Below are positions 1-12,600 of a stretch of 64,000 bases of DNA, in pieces. Every line of letters begins with the position of its first letter. Positions within the stretch are counted from its first letter, which is position 1. The stretch covers positions 11,210,161 through 11,274,160 of the forward strand of contig NW_003526941.1 in NCBI RefSeq assembly GCF_000181795.1, in the 5' to 3' direction. Source of the DNA: Trichinella spiralis. Its lineage: Eukaryota. A program made the position numbers and the translations under genes. Under the pieces are notes generated by a model that searched no databases, had not been told where the DNA came from, and saw only the letters and a program-made list of their open reading frames with translations.

Positions 1-3000
1 TTTTTTTCTTTTTTTTCTTTTATTTATTATTAAAAATTGAGAGAAGCAGGAATTGCTAAATTTATAGATCATAAAGAAATTGAATGGCTGAGGAAAAAAA
101 GTAATTAGGGAAAAAGCCATGCATCACGTGATTGCTTCATTTTTTACATGCTTCATTAAAATAGAAAATTGTTATTATTATTGCTTATTTATTTTATAGT
201 TTTTCTTTTTTTCTGAAAGTTCTTGATGAAAAAATGGAACTTTTCATTGGGGGCTTGTTTTTATTGGCTTATTTTATGTTTGTTAGCTCAGTTGACGCAT
301 CAGAACAAGAATACATTAGTTGAAATTTTTTCCACGTATATACGCGTATATTGGCAGATGTGGGAATTGCTGTTATCTATATATACAGTTTTTACGTCAT
401 TTTATATTTCCTTAATAATTTATTGCTTTAGCTATAGTGTTCGGTAAATGATTTTCAAGGAAAATTAAATGTTCATCCGAATGAAAAAATACGTGAACAT
501 TTGGCGGGCAACTTAAGTGTAGTTGAATTTTTTCTCAAATAATAGCCGACTGCTGTGCTTGAAATTGTTTTCTCAGAAACTCAAATGATAATAATTCATG
601 GCATGCATAGTTTTTTTTCTATTTTTTTATTTTTGAAAAATATAAGCATACATATTGGACATTTGTCTAAAGAAATTGGTGCTTTATGATGTTGTTAGCT
701 TGTCAGATGTTCACTTTTGAATATTGCTTTGCAGTTTGCATTGACAACGATGGAATTTCGCTTATTTCAAGCAGTTCTTCTGTCAGTGTTTGTCAGTTTA
801 GAATCAAAGCTTTCAACAATCAAAAATTTGTTTTTTTTGAATATTATCAAATTAGATTTTAATAATATTTGGCATTTATGCTGCATAAATAACGAAATGA
901 AGAATTCCATATCTCCGGATGATTATTTTTCATATCAGTTTAAATCTGATTGATAAAATAGATGATATATTTTACATTTTAAATGTATATTTATTTATGT
1001 AGAAGTGTGCGTGGAGAGTTGAAATTACATCAGATTAAATGTAATGCAGTTTTTTTGTGCATAATTATTTTTTCAGTTTTCGACTGTGTATAGGAAAAAG
1101 CAACAAAATTTTATTATCATATTTTGTTTCTTAAATTTTTTGCTAAGCAACCTGCTCGATGATGTGAGTTGGTTGAATTTCGAAACTTTTGTTTGCATCT
1201 CTGGCAGTGGTGGAAATAATTGAATTATTGTTGACCACCTGATGAATAGGAATCCATATGAACGTCAGCAATGTTGAATGAACAGGAAATTATTGAAATG
1301 AACAACAGTGCTGTTGAAAGGGAGGGGAAAAGGATTTCTTAACTTGGAGCCAAGCTTGCATACTTTTTAAAAATGACTTTTTCAAGCAAGTAATTTTTCT
1401 TTCCAAAGCTCAGGTTTCACAATATTCTTCGAATATATATACATATATGTATATGAAACCTTGCTGTTGAAGAACGTTCGCGCGTTTCTAGTAATGAAAT
1501 AGTGAAGTTTGAAAAATCGAATATTTAGCGACATATCTTCATAAATATGCATTATTTTTTGTTTTTTATTAAAATTAATTTTAAATTTTAATCAAGTTCA
1601 AGACATTTTAAAGAAAATAAATGTTTTGGATCGTTTGTTTGTTATATATATTATATATCCATATGTGTTGCACATGTATCGCAACTTTGAGACACATGTT
1701 GGAACACGAATGAAGTAGGTTCATTAAAATTAAATACAATTTTGAAAAAAAGGTAGATTTTTTTTTCTTCTCAAATGATTGCCTAGATTTCTATTTCAAT
1801 GCATGTGTTAGGGATAGGGGGGGGGTTTTATGAGGCAAAATCGAAAGTTTGAAATTGACCATAGCTGTTTTGCTATTACAATTTTGCGTCAGTTTTGCAT
1901 TTACCACTTGTCAGTCAATAGTTACGTTGTTGTCGTGGTGTAATTGTAATTGTAATTATTATTATTATTATTATTATTATTACCTGCAATGGATCATTTT
2001 TCAAATTTCGAAATCCACAGCTAAATAGAAAATGAGAAAATTTTTCAATGAAAATATTTCAGCTAATTTAAAAGCTGACACTTGGAAAGTTCATTCGTTT
2101 TGTTGCTTTGTTGGGCGATCAGGTTGAAGAAAAATTAACGCATTCATCAAATCTTGACACAAGCCAGGCTTAAATGATTCGTTGACAACTCCACTCTGCC
2201 CTGGGACGGGTGTTTAATTAAAAAATTAATAATAATGACGCATTAGAATTAATGAAAACTTTCCGCTTTTGATTCTTGATAATTGTTCTATCTATTTATC
2301 TTTTATACCATTTTTTCTTTACTGTTTCGTCTCTGTTTTAAGGAAGAGAAAAAAAAATTAAATTTAAATATTTCAACTTTTCCACTTATTCTATCGAATT
2401 CTTCAACATACAGTGGAGAACTTTTTTCAATTCAACTATCGGATTTGTGATAAAAACTTTTAGAATATATAAAAATTTGTGCATTTTTTCTAGTGTGGTT
2501 GAATTGAAATAAAAAAGCAGCAGATAATATGGAATTATTCTTTTGTGAATTATCTTCATTATATATTATTCAGAGAAATGTAATATTTATTAATCAGATA
2601 CATTTTTTTCACGTTCAATACAAATTTAATTAATGATGAATTAGTTGATTTGATTCTATTTTGCTTTTTTTTTCTTTCTACTTTATTAAATTGAAAAAGT
2701 TTTTTTTATGCTTACTGAATTTGTTCAAGTATTAATTTGATAAAATTGAATGGCAAAAACAAAATAAACAAGTAAATAAATTATATATATATATATAGAT
2801 GCATATTACAATTGTAATATAAATTGTTTCAAATTACAAAATGTGCCATTTGTGGATTTTTGAATTTCATCAGTTCGACAATCATCAGTTAGTTGACACC
2901 AGTTTGTGGCATTTGAATATAAAATGGTGTGAAAAACTTCCGTTCAATTTACTTTGGCAATCAGCGTGTGAAATTTCCATTTCATCAAGTGAAATCTTCC

Positions 3001-3429
3001 TTTATAACTTGCTCTTTGTTTCCTTTAGTGAAGTGCTTCATTTACGATAGCATTGGTCGAAATGTTGTTATAATCTCTTGTTCAGGTGTGAATATATCCA
3101 ACAGTGTTATTTATTGATAATTCATTATTATTATTATTGTTGTTGTTGTTGTTGTTGTAACCATAATTTTTACTTTATGACAATGAATTTTAATATTTTT
3201 CATTGAGAAAAAATAATAATTCTACGTGATATTATAATGTAGAATATTGAGAAAAAATTAATTTGTAGATAGAGGTATTATGCAAATGAAGATGAAGGTG
3301 ATGAAGAATGAAAAGGGCCGCCGCTTGAGCATATTTGTTGTCAGGCGACCAGCATGTGCGACAATGCGATGGCCCGTGACCAGACGGATCAATTTTCCGA
3401 CTAACCTCAGTTGGTTTGCTTGTTGTCTG

Positions 3430-3485
3430 CCAATTTTTGATTGGTCAATTAGTCGATTGGGGCGGAGTCATTTGGAAGCAATTGG
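3430..3485 (+). promoter_or_regulatory. Candidate promoter of the K2P channel gene: CCAAT-box cluster plus GC box
   Basis: Four CCAAT/ATTGG pentamers (3430, 3440, 3456, 3481) and GGGGCGGAG (3459-3467) lie within 56 bp in a GC-enriched island about 650 bp upstream of the channel ATG. Another ATTGG is at about 3783. Confidence 0.4.
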
Positions 3486-4103
3486 TCAGAGCTGGCGTTG
3501 TTGGACCGCTTCAACCTGGTGTGGCGCTTTGGACGGCCATGCCGCCGCGATCAGTCATGCATAAAGCGACCGTTGAACAATTGAACCGAGCCGAACAAGA
3601 AGTTTCAAGTGCCGGCACGCACTTCGTCCACTTTGCACCGGATAAATTTACGCTGGTTCACTACTTGTTTGCATATTAGTTCTTTTTTTTTATTTTACTT
3701 TTATCAGTTATTTATATTTCAGTTGGTCTTTTTCATCATTGCACAATTGCAGAATTTGAACCAGGCTTAATCTGGACGGCTGATTGGTCAGCTACTACTA
3801 CTAGCTAGGTATAGTAATAGTACTAGCAGCAAGCAGCATTAGCAGTAGCATGAGGAGCAATTAGTATAACTAGCTCAGGTATTATAGAGCCTAGCAATAG
3901 TAGTTGTATTAGTATTATTGTTATTATTAACCGTAGTTGTTGCTGTTGTTGTAGGTGGTAGCATCAGCAACAGCAGTGGTATTAGCATTAGCAGTAATTG
4001 TTTGTTGTTGGTGTATTGTTTGTCAAGTCGATATTGGTTCATCTCCTTTGCCACCGGTTGCAGTTATTGCTGGTCGCGTTGGGCCGGCCGGTCGGCGGCC
4101 CTG

Positions 4104-5485
4104 ATGAAATTAGCGGTGCAGTTGGCGAAAAGGAACGCGCTTCTCGTCATGGATCGACTGGCCCATAGGCGCCAGTCGTTGTTGCGTTCCAGGAATCCTT
4201 GGGGCAAGTGGCCCAGCGAACCGGAACTTCGACTCGGCTTTTGTTCATCGTTGCGCATTGCCGAAGAGAACATTCGCATGGTATTGTTGGCGATTTTGTT
4301 GGTCATTTATTTGGTCATCGGGGCGATGCTTTTTTCTGTCATTGAACGCAAGCAAGAAGCTCTGGAAAGGCTGCTTTATTCGGAAAAATTGGAACGTTTC
4401 AAGATGCAACACTGCACCACGGGCGGTGGTTTAACGTTGGTCAACTGCAGTGCGTTGGACGAATTGCTCGAGATGCGCGGCAAAATGTCCGCTGCCGGCA
4501 TGTCCGAACACCGGAGCAGTTGGGATTTTTTCGGCTCATTCTACTTTGTCAGCACTGTGGTCACCACCATTGGTGAGTTAACAGTTTCGATTTTGACTTT
4601 TACAATTTTTAATTCATCTTCTCTTTCTAATTTGCATAAGGTTTTGGCATGACAACTCCGCGTACGGCGATCGGCAAAGCTGCGGTGATTTTGTACGGTT
4701 TTGTCGGATGTTCAAGTTCGATATTATTTTTTAATCTTTTTTTGGAACGTATTTTGACATTTTTGTCCTGCCTATTTCGCGTGGTCCATCGTATACGCTT
4801 GCCCCAGTCGGACAGGTCGAACTGTGGTCGTCGGGCTTCGGACGAGCAGAGTTGTTCGTTGGAAGCCGAATGGCGTCCAAATTTGTACTTCTTCTGGTTC
4901 GGATTGTTAATTTTGTCCAGCACAACGATCACTTTGGCTGCACTGCTTTATCAATATGCCGAAGATTGGTCCTACTTGGAGGCGGTATATTTTTGCTTTG
5001 TCAGTTTCGCTACCATCGGTTTCGGTGATTTCATATCCAGCCAGCGGACCAGTGAAATCAGCTCGTACAAATTGTACAGTATTCTCAATTTTGCCATCCT
5101 GTTCGTCGGCTGTTGCTGTATATACAGCTTTTTCAACGTGACGTCGATTGTCATACGCAGTCTGCTTGATCAGATCATTGCCAGTTTGGATTGTCGATGT
5201 CGACTTTTTGGGCGTTTTCGCCACGACAAAGCACGTCGACCGGTCGACGGTCTGCACACTACCCTGGACCAGAATGCCAAAGGCGCCTATTTGGCGTCTG
5301 TCCAGACGGGCGATGGTCTGTTGTCGTTGAAAGAATTTCTCGACCAAACTCAGGACAACTTGCTGTCTGTCCCTGATCAGCTGCTTCTACCAGCTGAGCA
5401 TGATCTGCGCAAAAGCAGCGTTTCAGCTTCATCAGTTGGTCCAATGGCTATTGTGAACGAAATGATCGGTACTGCTGATATTTGA
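4104..5485 (+). CDS. Two-pore-domain K+ channel, THIK (KCNK12/13)-like
   Basis: Exons 4104-4572 and 4641-5485; the 68-nt GT-AG intron splits the first pore Gly codon. The spliced protein has P1 WDFFGSFYFVSTVVTTIGFGMTTP (THIK-type signature), P2 WSYLEAVYFCFVSFATIGFGD, four TM segments and a THIK-like tail (VGPMAIVNE). The start could instead be ATG 4149. Confidence 0.93.
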
Positions 5486-5556
5486 TTGCTAATATTATTT
5501 TTTTTCGCAGACTGACAATGAATAATGAACTTTTGCTTGTAATATTTTCCTCTTTT

Positions 5557-5600
5557 ACAACAACAACAACAACAACACACACACACACACACACACACAC
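5557..5600. repeat. Compound (ACA)n(CA)n microsatellite in the K2P 3' UTR
   Basis: Visible directly; AATAAA follows at about 5698. Confidence 0.85.
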
Positions 5601-8600
5601 GTATATGTTGTATACATTGTTGTTGTTATACACATATATGTATATTTTGGGTTTTTTTAAATCAAATTTTATTTGTATTTCAATTTAAGAAAAATAGAAT
5701 AAAATTTTGTTATTATTTTTATTGATCACAATGTTGTTGTTGTTGTTGTTGTTTGTATAAGCTCAGTTGGAGGAAGAAATATGGTGATCATGTTCAACCT
5801 GTGCGTCGTCTATGCACTTGTGACCACGTTGTGCCGAGGGCGGCTAGTGTTGAAGTGATGCGGAAATCGATACCAGCAGCTAATGCGCAGAGCATCCAAT
5901 ACACACCGGCTTGAAGTCCGAGTCGGACTTATACTACCTGCCAGGGTGATCGATTGAATTTCAACACGGGGGCAAATAAGAAATTAATTTCTTTATTCCT
6001 AATAAATCAGTTCCTTTGGCTGACGACAATTTCTCAATGACCGTAATTAGAACAAAGTGGCTTTTGCGTTCGAGGATTGGAATTTTTTCCCACTGCTGCT
6101 CGGCTGTGCTTCTCACGCTACTTCCAAGCACAATTGCACAACTCCTTCCCCAGTCGACACTGGAAGAATTGAAGCCACTCCCCCCAACTGTTTTTTTTAT
6201 TTTATTTTCCACTTTGAAACCATTCATTCATTCATTTTTCATCAACCATAACTAACGTTCATTTGTGCATTCGGATTTGCATGCATAATCAATCGTTTCA
6301 GAAAATATATGTTCTTTTTCCTCATCAAAAAATGTATCGGTTGAGAAAAATTGTCAACTTGGTTGGAAAATATAGATTTAGAAAAGAATTTTCAATTTTT
6401 TGTCAATACTTATTCATTGTGCATGTGCAAATGAATCGAATTGGCAATCTGTTCACTTGAACAACAACAAGCAAAATTGTATACTGTATTATTTTGTACT
6501 TGTTAATTAACATGTTCTTTTGTAATTGATCATCATTGAAATTGGTAATATTAAAGAAAGAATAATATATATATATATATCATCTGAAGTGACTTCGTTT
6601 TAATGAACCATTCAATTGTACATCATTACCCATTCTGTCGCTGTTTCAGATGAATAATCTTTACTAAATTTACACTTCACCATTCACATTTATGCTGCTA
6701 TTTGAAATGATCTCTTTTTACGAAATCAAATCATTTCCTCATTTGCATAAATTTGTACTTGAACAGTAATAATTTTGTAACTGCAACAACAACGAGCGAT
6801 GCTTTTTTTTCAAACAGCAAACAATTTAATGAGCGTAGTAGATTTCAAATTTTGTGTAAGCTTTTCTTCCAATACTTGTACTTTTTTTTGCTGCTTTTCT
6901 TTCGCATTGTTCCAATCCAGTGTTGTTTGTGGTTTCCAGACGCATCTTATCAATATGTTATTCGACTGACTTGAAATGGTTTTAACGATAAACAGTTATC
7001 CGAGATAAGGTTATTTTGCATTTTTCAAAATGTTTTAATTGTTATGAATAATTTTTGCTTTTACCTTTATGTTTCAATGGAAAGTGACATTTTCCAATGA
7101 TACTCTGTGTTGATGTATTTTGTCAAATTTTCTTATATTGTACAGTCTACAGTACATCAAATTTGAAGTAAAAAGCAAACGGACTAACTTATTGATCTGT
7201 GCATTTTACTCCGTTCTCTGTGTATGTTGTTTTTTGTATGTTTTCTGATAGCTCACTGTTTAATTGTATTGATGATAAAATTCTCAACGTAATCAATAAA
7301 TGCCATGTCATTATTTTTTTGACTGGCAATTAAAAAAAATATTGAATATTTACTGTTAACAGTGTCACAGTTACTTGACTATCAATATATGGAATAACTT
7401 TTGAAAAATGGAAAGCCACTACATATTTCCCTACCAAAATTGGCTGCTGTTTAAGTTTTCGGCTGTTTAAAGAGCCGAAAAAATTTGTTCAACTGTAAAA
7501 AGAACAACTTCTACTACTTCACTTTGCTTATTGCAGAAAGGAAAAATGAACAACAGTTGAAAAATACTTAACGGTTATTAATCGTATCAAAAGTCAGAAT
7601 ATTATTTATTGAAAAATTTTAAAGAAGGTGTCATTGAAAAAGTTAATAACTGTATAAAGTTTTATTTAATAATTTAAGCACAAATTAAAAATAATTCATT
7701 TGAAATGGCGACTGTTTCTAATTTCTATATAACTAATGCATTTTTGTGTGTAAATAATATTTTTATTACTAGCTTTATTTCATGGCAGAATATTTGCTGC
7801 ACTTTATAATCTAGACCAATTGCTGTGCAATATGATTATAAATTGTTATTCATGTTAGAATAAAGTATAAGCTTTATGCTTGCATGAATATATTTAATAC
7901 TTAAATAATTTAATTTGAGCAGTAGTAATATCGGTAAGCGCTTTCAGCAGATTACAATTGAAAATACAGTTTTCTCGTAATATCTAACAGATTTATGCAT
8001 CAATCACCCGCTATTAAAAGCAAATATGATGGATTTATTTCGTTAAATTTTATTATTATTTTTTCTTAAAGTACATTGAAATTTGAATAAATAAAAATTA
8101 GTTTATATAATTTATAAATTTATAAAATAAAAATTTACATAAACAAATTCGTTTCAATTGGCTATGCATTAGTGGGACAGTGGAATAATTTTTGTTAATA
8201 TTTCAAAAAGTTTTTTTCCATTTGAACTAGAGTGCAATTTTCAAACTACAGTAATCATTACTAAACCTACAGGATGGAAAAACGTGGCAAAATTTGAAAA
8301 GAATATCAGTGTAAGTTTTTTTGTCGATTTAATTATTGATTGTTTTCACTTTTGAAATTTGTACTTTAGCACGTGAATATTGATATTTCTTCAGCATTGT
8401 CATCAGATTAGATTTTATTTAATTTTTTCTAAACGGTAATTCAAAAAATACCAGAGCCGTAATGAAATCTGTTTTTTTTTGAAAAATTTAATAGTTTTTT
8501 TTGTCTTTTGATTTCATGAATGTATTTTTTTAATAATAAATATTTTAAAAAATAATTACTGATTTGTTATCTTTGCATTTTTATGTTACATTATAGCTTT

Positions 8601-9578
8601 GGGTTAACAATTTGATAGATTTAAATTTTAATGATTAATGAAGCAATAATAGTTTAGTTTTGTGATAATAGATTAATTTATGATTTTTTTTTCAAATTTC
8701 TCTCGAAATGTATAATTTAAACTGTTTATGAGCGGTTTTTATTATTTGTTCAAAGATTATTTATTTATTATGCGGTGAAAATTGTCGCTCAATCAGAAAG
8801 TTGAAAAGAGACCATTTGAGAGTTTACAAATTTTGACCGGGATGACAGTTGGAAATGGAAAATGGAAAATGATTAATTTATAACAGTTCTTTGCCGGTGC
8901 AATTGGTGATGATGGATATTTTTATAAGAACAATGTGTTGAAGAGTAGTTGTGATTTGCAGTTAAAATTTGCCTCAATTTGAAGTGAAGCGGCAATTTGC
9001 ACTGGCAAATGGCGGCTGTAAAATCCAATTGTCACCGGTGAAATGGAGAAAGTGATCTCGTTTATGGGAACCGTTTTCCAAATAATAGTTTCTCAGTTGG
9101 GTTGATTTTGAATAATGATTTTACAATTGCATATTGGCGGCAGTGGTGGTTAATTTTCCTTTCTTTGTTTCCTATTCTTAGATTATTACCATATTCACCG
9201 AGCAAATTCAAATTTGTCAGTAATGTAGTCGAGAATTTAAATTGCATTGATAGTTTTAATTTTTTTTTCTTTTCACTCGAAGTTTTTTTTATTATTTTTT
9301 TTTCTCCAAATTGTGGAACACTGATCAACAACGGCCAAATGCACTGGTCGGTTTTATTGCCGGTTAAAATAACATCGATTTCACTTTTGCAGGCGGCAGG
9401 AAAAAACAACCGCCGCTGGAATAGCAGCAGCCTGGTGAAATGGATTTTCCTCACTTTGCCGAGATTCGCTTCAATTGAAATGTTTATTTACCAACGCGAC
9501 GGCTATTAACCCTCAAAGCTAATTTCCACATCGTCCGTCGTTCAACAAACAACACAGCAGCAACTTTATTCGGTTAGT

Positions 9579-9585
9579 CGCCGCC

Positions 9586-9616
<31 letters not shown>

Positions 9617-9620
9617 TTGC
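9579..9620. repeat. (CCG)n(CTG)n trinucleotide microsatellite
   Basis: cgccgccgctgctgctg... is visible directly, about 80 bp upstream of a consensus donor AG|GTAAGT at 9697. Confidence 0.85.
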
Positions 9621-12600
9621 TTTGGTTTTCCCCAAAAATTTGCATATTCTACTTTGATCAAAACTATTCTGCACCAAGTTGTTCGTTTGAAAATAGGTAA
9701 GTGAATTTTATTATTTTTACAAAAATATTTTCCATTCGCATTACAAAACAATAATAAATTTCAACAATTTTTTTTTCTTAAATTTATCGGTGCGCTATTG
9801 CAAATTTCTCTCCACTGCATGCGTCATTTTCAAAAATTTTTTGTCCGCAGTTGTAAGTTGAGAAAAGTTTCTTTTCAAAACAAGCGTCATTTCGGAGAAA
9901 AAAAATTTGCATCTTGTTGCGGTGTATTTGAAAGTGCAGTCGTTCGACTTGTTTGCACTGTTGCAATTTAGTGAATTAATTGAACTGGAAAAAAAAATTC
10001 TCTTCACTTTGCTTTGCTCTCTCTTTCTCTCTCTCTCTTTGTATTCATTTGTTCAATGGTGAATTTTTCAACATTTTATTTAATTTTTGATAGTAATGAA
10101 ATATGCAAATTGTTGATTGTTTCAAGTGACAATCTTGCATTATTAATTTTTTTCTTTAATTTGCATCCATCGCAAAACGTCGTCTCTTCTTCTTTTACAA
10201 CAGTCATATTTTTTTGATAAGAACTAGAAATTGTGCTCGTAATTTTCCAATTACATTTTTTTATTGTATTGAAAATATTAAATGAGTAAATAAATAAATA
10301 TAAGTTCATTTTTCAAAGTTGCATAATTTCTTTTCATGGATAAATTATGAATCGTTTTATTCCACTTGTTCAGAGCAATAATAATTGTTGTTGTGCAATT
10401 GCAATTGGTAGAAATAATCATTATTTATCATTACACGTGAAAAATATGCACAATTAGATTATAATGAATAACAAAACTACGTATTGTTGATCAAATTACG
10501 CAGAATCTAGCAATTATTCGTAGGTCAATAATTTCTCTCTTTTTTTTCTTTTCAATCATTTTATCAATCTTTGCCAATATTATAAATAAAATAATAAGTT
10601 GAAATTTTTTTTGTATGTTCGAGAAACTTTTCATTCTCTACTTGTATCTTTTTCTCAAAGTGAGAAAAATCACACGACATATTACGATTCTATTTTAATA
10701 GAAAGAATGTGTTTATTTATTTTATTGTTTAATAATAATGAAATATGTATAAAATTTGGAAAGATTGATTAAGCGACTGTTAATCAAGAGAAAATAGAAA
10801 CGAAACACCGCTACGTTGATCTCTTGAACATTGCTTCATTTTCTTAATTGCCACTCCTTTCTTTGCAGTTGAAAATTTTTAAAATATTTATTCTCTAATT
10901 TTGCTCATTGATTTTCCGTTTCATTCATTCAGCAAACGAAACTTTTTTCCATATTTTCTATAAATAATTGAATTAGAGATGGGCAGTTTTTTTACTATTA
11001 TTTTATTTTCAAAAATGAATAAATAAGTGGAATTTTTTGTTATTTGAAATGTTTTGAAAGGTAAAATTTTCAAAAATGTGTTATAATATTAGAAGCATTG
11101 ATTTTGATCATAACGTATGCTAGCGATGAAATTATCATTGTTTATGAAAGTTGTTCAGTAGTGTTTTTTGTTCGAATAATATTTTTGTATAGTTGGTTTG
11201 TATGATATTAGATTTGAAAATTGAGATGCAATCCATTACTACCGGATAAATGCATTGACGTTAATTTCTAATTTCTATATTGAACATGGTTATGAATCGG
11301 CGGCCACTTTTTATTCAATATTAATTCAGCACATCCGCTTTGCTTTAAATTATCATTTCCTTGTTGTTAAAATAATCTATCAGTGTTCGTAGGCTTTTTT
11401 TTTCTTTTAAAATATACTTGCTGATTTTTCAATTTGATGTTATTTCGTTGATTGTTTGTATCTTTCAGTATTAATAATTAAATTAGCTGACGTAGGAAAA
11501 AACTGATGTCAGCGCAATGTTATTAGTGTTAGCTAATTGCTGCGTACGGCCATTTGCGTACTGTTGTATTTGTTCAATTATTATGATTATACATTTTAAT
11601 TTTGTTAATACAATTTTCATTTGGAAAACAAAAAAAATTTTTGTTTTTTCAGAAAATCTTTGTTTAAGTGAAAAAGCTGCATAATAATGTAAAAGTGAAA
11701 TTTTATTAAAAATTTGAAATAAATAGAATTTTCTGTTAATGATTATTAATTATTGTTTGTAAATTTTGATCGTTATTGAATAGTTAAAAATGCATAATGA
11801 GTACCGTAATGGGTGAAATTTGTTGTGCATGCTCCCCTTATAGCAGAATGCATGAATGAATAGATGGATGGATGAATAATAATAGTGACCACTGCAATGG
11901 GACGGGACACGGTCAGTTTCGATTTTTATTTTGCTTCTTGCTTGGGCTTTTCTTCAAATAATATCAAGGGGATCAGCGGAAATGTGGTGTAGCATTGGGT
12001 AATTTGAAAATTTTGTTGTGCAGTAGTTGCTTTTCAAGTCCAGTATTGTATCACGTATGTATATTTATTTATTTATTTAATTGTGATGTGTGTGTGTGTG
12101 TGTGTGTGTGTATGTTGCTGCTAAAAATGCATTTTTTGCGGTAAATGATGCTCATCAGTGGTCCAGCTAATCACTTGATACATTGTAGTTCGAACGTGTC
12201 GAGTTAGTTTGAGATTAGTCTGTTCAGTTTTCACGAAAATAAAAAGCTGGGGCATTTTTGTAATTTTTGGCTCAATTGATCGTCGATCATCCATTGATTG
12301 ATAATATCATTTCGCATCAGAGGCAATCGGGTTGAAATTTAAATTTTACTTATCAATTTAGGAATTTGCACTTACTTTGTTTTGATTTTTTGTTCAGTTG
12401 TTATTCACGTTTTTCAAATTTGTCGAGTCAGGTCGATATTTTTTGTGAAATATTTCAAAAATACATGCATATATAGCATACTTGTGTAGCAAATTCTTTG
12501 AATTTTCTTTCAATTAATAAATACAATTTAACCAAATCGGCAAACAAACATTATACATTACTACACTTGGTAATATTAATTAAAATTCACTACATTACAA

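Noticed and set aside
3918..4103. N-terminal extension of the K2P ORF from a TTG start
   Set aside because: It has a non-ATG start and low-complexity AGT/AGC/GTT repeats, and is more likely 5' UTR.
5931..5952. ATACTACCTGCCAGGG, resembling the 5' end of U1 snRNA
   Set aside because: It lacks the exact ACTTACCTG motif, and I could not find U1 stem-loops or an Sm site at the expected distance.
9062..9509. Overlapping 130-aa and 135-aa ORFs on opposite strands
   Set aside because: Their composition is driven by poly-T and poly-A runs, with no domain motif or consistent exon chain.
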